Below, piece after piece: positions 39,755-48,496 of a DNA stretch of 64,000 nucleotides (position 1 is the first letter of the stretch; each line of letters starts with the position of its first letter). Location: positions 35,806 through 99,805 of the forward strand of contig CAZVWS010000004.1 in the NCBI GenBank assembly GCA_964631255.1. Direction: 5' to 3'. The translations under genes and the position numbers were made by a program. Origin of the DNA: an uncultured Dysgonomonadaceae bacterium (GTDB taxonomy: Bacteria > Bacteroidota > Bacteroidia > Bacteroidales > Dysgonomonadaceae). The notes under the pieces were generated by a model. That model ran no database searches. It was not told the DNA's origin and saw nothing but the letters and a program-made list of their open reading frames with translations.

Positions 39755-40968
39755 TTACAATATTTATTTTAACCGTCTGGATTCTGAATGCACAAACTAA
39801 TGTGAGTGCCATACAAACAGACAGTATCAAGCAAGCAACTATGCGCAATAAAAAAGGGACAGACACCACGTTTCAGCAAATTTATTGGCAAAAAGCAAAA
39901 AATAGTTTTTCAAAAAAAAATTATGCATTGGCAGCAAAATATTTCTCTGAAGAACTCAAAAGTAACCCATTGGATTCCAATTTACAACAAGAATTATACC
40001 ATTCATATTTACTAAGCGGACAAAAGGTAAAAGCCGAAGTTTTATTTAAATCGGTTTTGCCGTCGTATCACAAAAAATCAGTTATAGAGTATATCGCTCT
40101 CTCATCTGGGTATCTTGTCAACAACAACAAACCCAAAATAATGCTTCATTTTCCACAATACGACTCAGTCAACCAATACCAAAATATGTTTTACACGAGT
40201 CTTACATTGGGTTTGAATATAACAAAAAGAACTAAATTGACACTTGGGTATCAGATGTACAATACACATTTTGAGCAATATGGCACAATGGGTCTTCTTC
40301 AGAATTTTAATCTATCTCAGCACCAGTGGATAGCATCGTTGCAATATTTTGCAAAAAACAATATTTCGACCGGTTTTTCGGCAGCTTTTTATCAGATTGA
40401 TACTTTTAATAAACAACAATTCTATTCAAATAATTCATCGGGCAACCCCCCAAAAAAAAGTTCTTCTTCGGCATTTTCTGTACTTGCATTTATAAACAAA
40501 CGTTTTGTCCATCTTCAACCCGAAATTTCCATTGCCTATTCCAATTTTGGTACAGATAAACAGTATCAGGCAGAAGGTTCGCTCACGTATTATCCTCTTG
40601 GCAATCTAAATTTATACGGTCAAACAAAACTTGCCGCCATACACAATGTTCATTTTTTGCAAACAAATCAATTCGTCTTTTCGCAAAGCGTAGGGGTTCG
40701 ATTAATCAAACAATTGTGGTTGGACGGACGTATGGGTATCGGAAACCAACAAAACTACATCACGGAACACTCTTTTTTGGTTTACGACACCTACAATCCC
40801 ATCATAGCTATTACCGGCGCTTCGCTCTCCTATTATTTCAAGAAGGCTACTATATCTGCAGGATATCAATGGCACAAAAGAGAAGGATATGCTTACTCTA
40901 TGATAGATTACACCAAATACAGTTATAACAATCACTTAATAAACATAGCATTGGTATGGAACTTTTAA
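39736..40968 (+). CDS. Outer-membrane beta-barrel protein with N-terminal TPR-like segment
   Basis: Signal peptide ending ILNAQ, alternating beta-strand pattern, C-terminal ALVWNF. Overlaps the upstream gene by 19 nt. Confidence 0.55.
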   Translation: MYRLGLITIFILTVWILNAQTNVSAIQTDSIKQATMRNKKGTDTTFQQIYWQKAKNSFSKKNYALAAKYFSEELKSNPLDSNLQQELYHSYLLSGQKVKAEVLFKSVLPSYHKKSVIEYIALSSGYLVNNNKPKIMLHFPQYDSVNQYQNMFYTSLTLGLNITKRTKLTLGYQMYNTHFEQYGTMGLLQNFNLSQHQWIASLQYFAKNNISTGFSAAFYQIDTFNKQQFYSNNSSGNPPKKSSSSAFSVLAFINKRFVHLQPEISIAYSNFGTDKQYQAEGSLTYYPLGNLNLYGQTKLAAIHNVHFLQTNQFVFSQSVGVRLIKQLWLDGRMGIGNQQNYITEHSFLVYDTYNPIIAITGASLSYYFKKATISAGYQWHKREGYAYSMIDYTKYSYNNHLINIALVWNF

Positions 40969-41570
40969 CTAAAAAATACGGCTTGATATTGGTTTTATTC
41001 TTGTTTGTTCTCTCTGCTACGGCGCAAACAGAAATCTCTAATCACTTCTCCAACAGCTATAAATACGAATCTACGGGCGATTATAGAAAAGCTATTCAAG
41101 AAATGAATTTCCTGAAAGGTTACGATTACCACAAAGCTTTGCGATTGGGCTGGCTGTATTATTTGTCAAAAGATTTTGAGAGTAGCAAGAAGTATTACAA
41201 TCAGGCTATCAGTCTATCTCCCAAATCAGTAGAAGCACTTTTGGGGATTTGTTATCCTTTGGAAGTACAAAATAAAACCGAAGAATTAGAAATTGTATAT
41301 AAAAAAATACTCCTTTTGGATAAAAACAACTCCAAGATAAACTACGCGTTAGGAAATATATATTATTACAAGAAAAATTTTAAACTAGCAGAAAAATACT
41401 ACGATATTGTGATACAATTGTATCCGTCCGATTATTATTCAACACTTATGGGGGCGTGGACTAAATATTTTTTGGGTAAAAAAGCCGAAGCGCTCAAACT
41501 ATTTAACCATGTACTCATTATTTCGCCAACCGACCAATCGGCAAAATATGGACTCAATCTTCTGAAATAA
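40956..41570 (+). CDS. Secreted TPR-repeat protein
   Basis: Signal peptide ending SATAQ. TPR-like repeats (YNQAISLSPKSVEALLGI, ALGNIYYYKKNFKLAEKYYDIVIQLYP). Overlaps the upstream gene by 13 nt. Confidence 0.7.
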   Translation: MELLTKKYGLILVLFLFVLSATAQTEISNHFSNSYKYESTGDYRKAIQEMNFLKGYDYHKALRLGWLYYLSKDFESSKKYYNQAISLSPKSVEALLGICYPLEVQNKTEELEIVYKKILLLDKNNSKINYALGNIYYYKKNFKLAEKYYDIVIQLYPSDYYSTLMGAWTKYFLGKKAEALKLFNHVLIISPTDQSAKYGLNLLK

Positions 41571-41572
41571 TA

Positions 41573-41908
41573 CTACTTGCTCACCAAATTGAGCCCCACG
41601 ATAGAAATTACCAAGGTAATCAGGAAAAAGATGCGCCAAAAAGCAGTAGATTCACCCAAGAAGACAATGCCGGCAAGTACTGTAAATACAGCCCCAATAC
41701 CACCCCAAACGGCGTATCCGGTGCCAATGGCAATAGCATTTTCGCCACTAATGGCTTTGTACAACAAAAACATGCTGATAGAAACACTTGCCACAAAAGA
41801 GAGAAACCAGAGCCAAGCGGTTTTTCCCGAACTTTCGGACATACGCTCTAAACTAAAAGCAAATACGGCTTCGAACAAGCCCCCGACAATAAGATAAATC
41901 CAATTCAT
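41573..41908 (-). CDS. SMR-family (SugE/QacE-like) small multidrug/quaternary ammonium efflux protein
   Basis: Four TM helices and a conserved membrane Glu in GGLFEAVFA. Start re-set to MNWIYLIVGG (ATG 41908). Confidence 0.85.
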   Translation of the reverse strand: MNWIYLIVGGLFEAVFAFSLERMSESSGKTAWLWFLSFVASVSISMFLLYKAISGENAIAIGTGYAVWGGIGAVFTVLAGIVFLGESTAFWRIFFLITLVISIVGLNLVSK

Positions 41909-42070
41909 AATAATAGCACCATGAGAACGTGTTTTGCGACACGAGATTACAGAAATTTCTTGCAAAAATAGCATAGTTTTCACAAAAAAGGAAAACTGTG
42001 TGGCAAGTTAACAAAAAAATGAGCAAGAAATAGAAATTCAGGACTGAAAATTACTAACTCAATTTTGCAT

Positions 42071-42376
42071 TTATTCGATAACAAGTATCTGTAATTCAAT
42101 TTTTTTAATTGGTTTTTTATCTTTCTCCCATGGTCTTTTTTCGACTAAAACAACCGTTGTTTCGCCCGCAGAAAGCGCTTCAATAGTTACCAAAACGAGA
42201 ATACTTGCACCAATAATTACATCATCGATGCTCTTTTTTTTCTGCCGGTTTTCGAGTGTTACACGCACCATTGTTTCGTCATACGACTCCGCGCTCCACA
42301 AATATCCGGTTGTTGGGTTCGATTGTATCTCGAACGTATATTTTTCATTTTTTTTTAAAGAAATTGATTTTGCCAT
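42071..42376 (-). CDS. Chagasin-family (I42) cysteine peptidase inhibitor, no signal peptide
   Basis: 101 aa with the hallmark NPTTGYLW loop. Confidence 0.8.
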   Translation of the reverse strand: MAKSISLKKNEKYTFEIQSNPTTGYLWSAESYDETMVRVTLENRQKKKSIDDVIIGASILVLVTIEALSAGETTVVLVEKRPWEKDKKPIKKIELQILVIE

Positions 42377-42454
42377 TTAATTGAAGTATTTACATTGTAC
42401 ATTTCCAATCAAAGATACAAAAAAAGCCGATATGAATAATACCGGCATTTTTCA

Positions 42455-43258
42455 CTAATAATCACTCACTTTGCGTATTGTCCAAAAATCGGAACAATAG
42501 TTTCTGTCGCTGATATACTGGTAAGGCATCCAAAAATATCCTTTATCTCCCCAGTTTTTACCCCATGAGTTTCTGACCAGTACCATCTGTTTTTCGTCGT
42601 CGTATCCTACTGCTAAAACAGCATGTCCGCCCAACATCGATTCGGTTTTAATATCGGGCATTGGCATGATTCCGGTTGTAGTAACCTCTTGCGAGTAAAA
42701 ACTCTCGTAAACCGAAAAACCAAAAGCAATTGGAAATCCCTCGGCTAAGCATTGTTTTATACCCATCAATCCGTTTGAAATACGAAAATAGCTGCCAATT
42801 ACGTGATTAAGAGCCGATGTGTAGCACATAACCGGTGGTTTTTTGGTGAATTTTGCAAATGGTTTGGTGCTGGCACTATATCGCCATTCCGATTCGTAAC
42901 AAACACCTTGCTTGCTCAATGACTTGATTCCGTCGCGAAGATATGCGCCACTATCGTAGCTTTCACTACCCATCATCACTCTTTCGTTGTAGTACAAAAA
43001 TAACCTCGACATCCGTCTATTGCGTTTTTTTTGAACTTTTCGTCCATATTCCACGGCTGCATTCAGCGCATTTGCTGTGCAACTTCCCAAATTGCCCTGA
43101 CTAAAAACAGGTGGGCAATTTTTCCTTAAATCTATTTTTGCCGGAAGTGATTTGGCTATTCTCAATGGTGCTACATAAGAATAATCTCTTGCATCGGGTA
43201 TATCGGGGATCCACCCCAATTTTGGCATTTTAATCTTTTTTGGACTATTTGCTTGCAT
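42455..43258 (-). CDS. Papain-like (C1 family) cysteine peptidase, no signal peptide
   Basis: Catalytic motifs QGNLGSCTANA (Cys), GGHAVLAVGYDD (His) and VRNSWGKNWGDKGYFWMPY (Asn/Trp). Confidence 0.85.
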   Translation of the reverse strand: MQANSPKKIKMPKLGWIPDIPDARDYSYVAPLRIAKSLPAKIDLRKNCPPVFSQGNLGSCTANALNAAVEYGRKVQKKRNRRMSRLFLYYNERVMMGSESYDSGAYLRDGIKSLSKQGVCYESEWRYSASTKPFAKFTKKPPVMCYTSALNHVIGSYFRISNGLMGIKQCLAEGFPIAFGFSVYESFYSQEVTTTGIMPMPDIKTESMLGGHAVLAVGYDDEKQMVLVRNSWGKNWGDKGYFWMPYQYISDRNYCSDFWTIRKVSDY

Positions 43259-43355
43259 TGTTGTCTTATTTACATTGATTTTTAGTTTTTAGATAACGAT
43301 ACGTTGCAAAAATATAATTTTATATACGTAGATGTTAGGATTTTTTGCGCATTTT

Positions 43356-43373
43356 ATAGGACAAATTGCGCAT
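43356..43373. repeat. Left arm of 18-bp inverted repeat (ATAGGACAAATTGCGCAT)
   Basis: Its reverse complement occurs at 44191-44208 with one mismatch (17/18). Both arms are flanked by TTTTGCG-containing sequence. Confidence 0.7.
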
Positions 43374-44190
43374 TAACAGTTGCACGAAAAGGATAATAAA
43401 TAACTTTATAACCAGTTATTCATCTATTTGTAAGACAATTATATAATAAAATTATTTATTTGCCAGTAATATTGTATTTTTGATTGAAGATTTTTTCCGA
43501 GATTTTCTTACAATATACTAACTCCTTTCCATCTATGAATCTTTTTCCTTTGGATGAAAAAAACCGATACTAAAATTGAGCTAATGCATATGTATAGTAT
43601 GGAAAAATATTTTCGGAAGTATTAAACTTTATTCGTTAATTACACATGCTATGTAACCGAAAATTAAATTGCAAAAAAAGGAATAGCCTTTATAGAGATA
43701 AGTACTAACAGATAAATTAATAGATAAAAAAAAGACCAAGGTTTTGCTTGATCTTTTCCTAAAACTTAAATCACGCAATTACGCAACAGTTTTTCTATAA
43801 CTGTTCGCTGTGCACTCAGAACACCTAAATCTAAGTTTTAATGTACAAATATAGCTTAAAACTCTGTTTAGTCAAAATAAATTCTAATATTTAACATTAT
43901 ATTAACTTTTTACTCACATTCAAATATTGATAGTTCAGTATCACATTATCATGATTCTAATAATTGTTGAAAAGACAGCCGGTTTATTTAAAAAAACACC
44001 AATAAAAAAAATATTATTACGATAAACACGAGTAATGTCCCCCCTACTGAAAGAATATTTTCTTGAAATTTCGTATAATTTTTAGTAAATACAAAATATT
44101 TGCTTTTTAAACATGGTTAATTTTTGTTATTTCTACTCGTCGGCACCAGGATTTTTTAGTCATTATATGTCAATATATTAGGCTATTTTG

Positions 44191-44208
44191 ATGCGTAATT
44201 TGTCCTAT
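44191..44208. repeat. Right arm of 18-bp inverted repeat (ATGCGTAATTTGTCCTAT)
   Basis: Pairs with 43356-43373. The arms enclose 817 bp of ORF-free AT-rich DNA. Confidence 0.7.
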
Positions 44209-44281
44209 TTTTATGAATGTTAACGCAAAATAATTCTGATATTTTTATTCTCTTTTGGAATAATTAATTAAATAAACATAT

Positions 44282-44289
44282 TATATTTG
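44282..44289 (+). promoter_or_regulatory. Candidate -7 promoter element (TATATTTG) upstream of the paralog operon
   Basis: TAnnTTTG match about 190 nt upstream of ATG 44479, outside the inverted-repeat-bounded segment. The region is AT-rich, so a chance match is possible. Confidence 0.3.
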
Positions 44290-44478
44290 CCATTATAATT
44301 TATCACGGTTCAATAAATGTGATATATGATAAGCAACCCATCTTTACTAGCGCGTACAAAATTGGAAGTAGAAAAATAAAACAACAAAAAAAGAAAGCAA
44401 CGTAAAATATCATTTCATATCAGAATTCTGATATTGGAATAAATAAATATTCATTTTCACCATTAAAAAACAAATATT

Positions 44479-45528
44479 ATGAACTATTTAAACAGCAATG
44501 CTTCAAATATCGCTACAAGCGCGTTGAAAGCAATCCCATTTGGAGATATTATAGGCGGCCCGTTAGAAGCCTGTATTTTGGCTCAAGAGAAGGCTGCAGT
44601 TACCACGGTCAACTTCATAGAGCGTGTAGGTATGCAAAGAAAACCCGTATTTGATGCCACGGGTAATCCGGTTAAAATAAAAAATGAAAACGGTGTTGAG
44701 GAGCAAGTTTTTGAATGGGAAGCTATTTATATATCTTTCCAGTTTATACAAGGCGGACGAATGGTACGACTCAATGTTCCTATGCTCACGGTGGTGCCGG
44801 TACCTTATATAGCAATAAACACGATTGATATCAACTTCAAAGCGAACATTTCAGCTTCGGCTGCCACTTTTGATGAGGAAACAGAAAGTGATTCGAGTAA
44901 TCAAAAAGATTCTCAATTTGCTAGTGCCAGCGAATATGCGAGGCAGAACACCCGTAAAGGAGTAGGATTTTTAGGATTTTATAGAAAAAACAATACTTCT
45001 AGCAGTAGTTCAAGAAACTATTCGCAAAGTAGCATGAGTGCCTCCATATCCAGCAAAAAAGATTCCAAAGGAACAGCCGAATCCAAATATAGTGTAGAAT
45101 ACACCATGGACGTGGCAGTGCACGCATCGCAAGACAGTATGCCGGCCGGTATGGCAAAAATATTAGAACTGATTGGAACGGCAATGGACTTGTGCGATCC
45201 CGATGGCGAATTTGTAGTAAACTCTACACAATTTCGAGTTACAGGAAACGAAAAAGTACAGCTGGAAGCATCTTACAAAACACCTGCCGGTCTGCTAATG
45301 GCAGAAGGTTTTAAATTATACAAATACAATGACTTAAAAGAATTTAATAAAAATGAATTCAATGATAAAGGTTTACCCAAAAATGGTACAGAATTACAGG
45401 ATGGTCGCAAATTAAAAGATAAAAAAACTTATGAATTGGGTGAGGGTTATTATATTCTGCAATCAGACGATAAAACACAGTTTTTGCAATTGGCTGTAGA
45501 AAAAGAAGCTACATCCCAAACCACCTAA
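44479..45528 (+). CDS. Split-core family paralog 1 (DUF2589-like by recollection) with beta-rich C-terminal domain
   Basis: Core blocks IPFGDIIGGPLEACILAQEKAAVTTVNFIERVG, RLNVPMLTVVPVPYIAINTIDINFKANISAS and SKKDSKGTAESKYSVEYTMDVAVHASQDSMPAGMAKILELI. No signal peptide. Confidence 0.8.
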   Translation: MNYLNSNASNIATSALKAIPFGDIIGGPLEACILAQEKAAVTTVNFIERVGMQRKPVFDATGNPVKIKNENGVEEQVFEWEAIYISFQFIQGGRMVRLNVPMLTVVPVPYIAINTIDINFKANISASAATFDEETESDSSNQKDSQFASASEYARQNTRKGVGFLGFYRKNNTSSSSSRNYSQSSMSASISSKKDSKGTAESKYSVEYTMDVAVHASQDSMPAGMAKILELIGTAMDLCDPDGEFVVNSTQFRVTGNEKVQLEASYKTPAGLLMAEGFKLYKYNDLKEFNKNEFNDKGLPKNGTELQDGRKLKDKKTYELGEGYYILQSDDKTQFLQLAVEKEATSQTT

Positions 45529-45656
45529 ATAAATGTACATTGAATTTCAAGTTTTATAGAGTGCATTTCTCTCAATAACCTCCTGATATAGAGCATGAAT
45601 ATAAAGAAACAACAAAATAAGTTGTACAAATAAAGAATATAAAAAAATAAATAATT

Positions 45657-46541
45657 ATGGCATTAGATACATCGGCTTCACAAACCGCTACCAATGCGTT
45701 ACAATCTATCCCTTTTGGTAACATCATTGGCGGACCGCTCAACGCTTGTATCGAAGCACAAGCACAATCGGCTCAGACCACTTGGCGATTTATACAAGAA
45801 GTAGGTCTCAGAAGTGATGAAAACGGCAAAAGAGAAGCCGTGAGCGTTAATTTTGAATATGTACAAGGTGGCAGGAAACTGATGTTGATAGTACCCCTGC
45901 TTACTATTGTTCCTATCCCTTATATTGCAATAGATGAAATTGAAATAAATTTCAAAGCACAAATTTCGGCATCGGCTTCTACCTCGAGCGAGAAAAGTAA
46001 CTCTACCGGAATGGAAGCCGGAGTTTCTGCTTCGGCTCGTTTTGGCGGTTTTCTCAATCACGGAAAGGTAAATATGCATGCCAATTTTTCGAGCAAAAAA
46101 GACTCCAAATCCACACAAGAATCTAAGTATAGTGTAGAATACACCATGGACGTGCGGGTACATGCCATGCAAGATAGTATGCCTGCCGGCATGGCTCGCA
46201 TTTTAGAAATTCTGAACAGTTCGGTAGATTCGGTCAACTCCAAAGGAGAGCTTTATGCAAGCGACAACGTACTGTATCTAACCAAAGACACAAGTGTGGT
46301 AACTGTTGCCTCTTACAAATCTGCAGAAGGACTGCTTTCGCCAAGAGATATTGAAATATTTGATGCCGATGACAAGTCCATTTTAAAATTACCCGATGGA
46401 AAAAATAAAGATGAAAATAAATCGAAAGGCGTAAGTATTAGATTATCTGATTCGGGCGAGAATTTGTTATGCAGCTTTACAAAAAAAGGAGCCTTCTATT
46501 TAAAAGCAAATGAGTGTCAACAGTTAGTAACAGTGATATAA
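45657..46541 (+). CDS. Split-core family paralog 2
   Basis: IPFGNIIGGPLNACIEAQAQSAQTTWRFIQEVG, LIVPLLTIVPIPYIAIDEIEINFKAQISAS and SKKDSKSTQESKYSVEYTMDVRVHAMQDSMPAGMARILEIL. Confidence 0.8.
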   Translation: MALDTSASQTATNALQSIPFGNIIGGPLNACIEAQAQSAQTTWRFIQEVGLRSDENGKREAVSVNFEYVQGGRKLMLIVPLLTIVPIPYIAIDEIEINFKAQISASASTSSEKSNSTGMEAGVSASARFGGFLNHGKVNMHANFSSKKDSKSTQESKYSVEYTMDVRVHAMQDSMPAGMARILEILNSSVDSVNSKGELYASDNVLYLTKDTSVVTVASYKSAEGLLSPRDIEIFDADDKSILKLPDGKNKDENKSKGVSIRLSDSGENLLCSFTKKGAFYLKANECQQLVTVI

Positions 46542-46595
46542 TTTCTGTCAGAACTATATTACCAAGATGTTTTACCTCCAAAAAAATGATGAATC

Positions 46596-47696
46596 ATGAG
46601 CGAAAATCAAACAAATGACTTTTCCCAATTAGATGGTCTGAGTAAAGTGGTTACCAATTCGTTAAGCCAGTTGCCATTTACGCATCTGATAAGCGAACCA
46701 CTAAAAGCGTGTGTGCATGCACAAAACGAAACTACCAAAGCTACATTAGCCTCCATGATGGAAATGGGACTAATTGCAGACAAAAATAAAAACAAAGCTG
46801 CCATTTTTGTCGAATTTGAGTTTATGAGTGGAGGTAGAATTAAAAAAATGTCTGTACCTTTGCTCACTTTAGTCCCGATAAATTTTATTGGAATCAATTC
46901 TGTTACTATCGCCTTTAAAGCAGCAATAAATGCTTCGTCGAAAAATACGTTTGCAGATATTGGAGCCGAAATAGCTAAAGCAAAAAAAGATTCTGCTAAA
47001 AAAGATGAAAGTGAAGGAGGAAGTGGTGGAGAAAATAATAATACAAATGAACCACCAAAAAAAAGTGTTAGGGCAAACGCGAAGAAAAACAAAAGCTCTT
47101 CAGGTGAAGAAACTACTACAGAAGAAAATGATTCAAGCACACCTGACAACCAAACCAGTGGTAGTGATGACAAAGATGGGGATAAAGGTTTCGACTGGGA
47201 TATTTTAAAAAACGTGCCAAAAGTTGTTGAATATGTGATAGATCTTATTCCGTCTAAAAAAGACGAAAAAGCCAAAGACAAGGAAAATGGATCAAATTAT
47301 TCCAATAAAAAAGACTCTACCTCCACTCGCGAATCGAAATACAGTATAGAGACAACTGTAGATTTTTCGCTCTCTGCCGGACCAACCGATATGCCGGGTG
47401 GCATGGCACGAATGCTCGAAATCCTGAATTCCACGATTGAGGTTTTTGACCCCGATGGCGAACTATTGATAACGGAATACAAAATTGGCAAAGGAGAAAA
47501 AGTGTACATTGAATACAAAAACGAGAAAGGGCTGTACGAGATAGAAGAGATAAAAATAAACAACAGCCAAGACGTAAGTGTACCAAAGGAAAAAATTGAA
47601 GAAATGGGAAATGGTATCTTGGTACAGTTGGATGATGCAGGCAATTACACGGTAACAGCAAAGAAAAAGAAAGAAGTTATTATTGTAACTGAATGA
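46596..47696 (+). CDS. Split-core family paralog 3 with ~120-aa charged low-complexity insertion
   Basis: LPFTHLISEPLKACVHAQNETTKATLASMMEMG, MSVPLLTLVPINFIGINSVTIAFKAAINAS and NKKDSTSTRESKYSIETTVDFSLSAGPTDMPGGMARMLEIL. The linker is rich in K/E/D/S/N/G/T. Confidence 0.8.
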   Translation: MSENQTNDFSQLDGLSKVVTNSLSQLPFTHLISEPLKACVHAQNETTKATLASMMEMGLIADKNKNKAAIFVEFEFMSGGRIKKMSVPLLTLVPINFIGINSVTIAFKAAINASSKNTFADIGAEIAKAKKDSAKKDESEGGSGGENNNTNEPPKKSVRANAKKNKSSSGEETTTEENDSSTPDNQTSGSDDKDGDKGFDWDILKNVPKVVEYVIDLIPSKKDEKAKDKENGSNYSNKKDSTSTRESKYSIETTVDFSLSAGPTDMPGGMARMLEILNSTIEVFDPDGELLITEYKIGKGEKVYIEYKNEKGLYEIEEIKINNSQDVSVPKEKIEEMGNGILVQLDDAGNYTVTAKKKKEVIIVTE

Positions 47697-47709
47697 TAAT
47701 AAAATAACG

Positions 47710-48483
47710 ATGACAAATTTAAAACAAATACTCACATCGGTACTACACGATGTTGTTCAAGCCCAACACGAAGCAAACCTATTTGCTGTAAACTTGGCGG
47801 CAGAATACGCGCAACAAAACAAGGGACTAACCATAACACCTCCGTCTGTTGCTGTAGGCGAATTGTCTATCAACTTACGCTACGCTGTGCAAGAAGGGGA
47901 AGAAATTAACGAAAAGAAAACTCTGAACCAAAAAGAAAAGGCAAATTGGTTAAAAAAACTATCCAAACAATTGGCTAAACTCATGATCAGAAAACTGGTT
48001 GAAGAGCTGCAAGCATCTAAAGTACCTTATGAAGATAACGGGTTTTCTTTTGTTAATGACTTAGGCGATAATGAAAGTCTGCAAGACTATATCGCCCAAC
48101 GAACTCTTACCTCGTTAGAATTACTCAAAGATCGGATTATTTTAGAAAACTCGGCTTTTGATATTGAATTAATTTCGGATCAAGTATTATATGTAGGCGA
48201 ACAGTATCTGCTCAAGCATTCTGATATTATCGGTTTATTTAACCTTCCGGAAGGTTCTGCGCTGTTTAACAGAATAAAAAAGGTTCTGGATCATGAAATA
48301 AATGATAGTGTAAAACAAATTGTGGACGAAATTTCGGTAGAAACAATGTTTGATTCACATAGCTATGCATCTCTGAATATTACGGTGAATGCCGATGAAT
48401 TAAAAAAACTCCCCGCAGAAAGCATACAGCAATTGAGTATCAAAATCGGTTCTAAAACAATAAATGAGGTTACTAATTTGTAA
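47710..48483 (+). CDS. Divergent helical member related to the split-core family
   Basis: The N-terminal ILTSVLHDVVQAQHEANLFAVNLAAEY, then PPSVAVGELSINLRYAV and the C-terminal SLNITVNADELKKLPAESIQQL echo the three core blocks. The central part is helical. Confidence 0.65.
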   Translation: MTNLKQILTSVLHDVVQAQHEANLFAVNLAAEYAQQNKGLTITPPSVAVGELSINLRYAVQEGEEINEKKTLNQKEKANWLKKLSKQLAKLMIRKLVEELQASKVPYEDNGFSFVNDLGDNESLQDYIAQRTLTSLELLKDRIILENSAFDIELISDQVLYVGEQYLLKHSDIIGLFNLPEGSALFNRIKKVLDHEINDSVKQIVDEISVETMFDSHSYASLNITVNADELKKLPAESIQQLSIKIGSKTINEVTNL

Positions 48484-48496
48484 AAATTAAGCTTTT

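Noticed and set aside
46607-47281. 224-aa minus-strand ORF over paralog 3
   Set aside because: It is an antisense shadow of the low-complexity charged linker (Ser/Phe/Leu-rich). The plus-strand gene carries the conserved family blocks.
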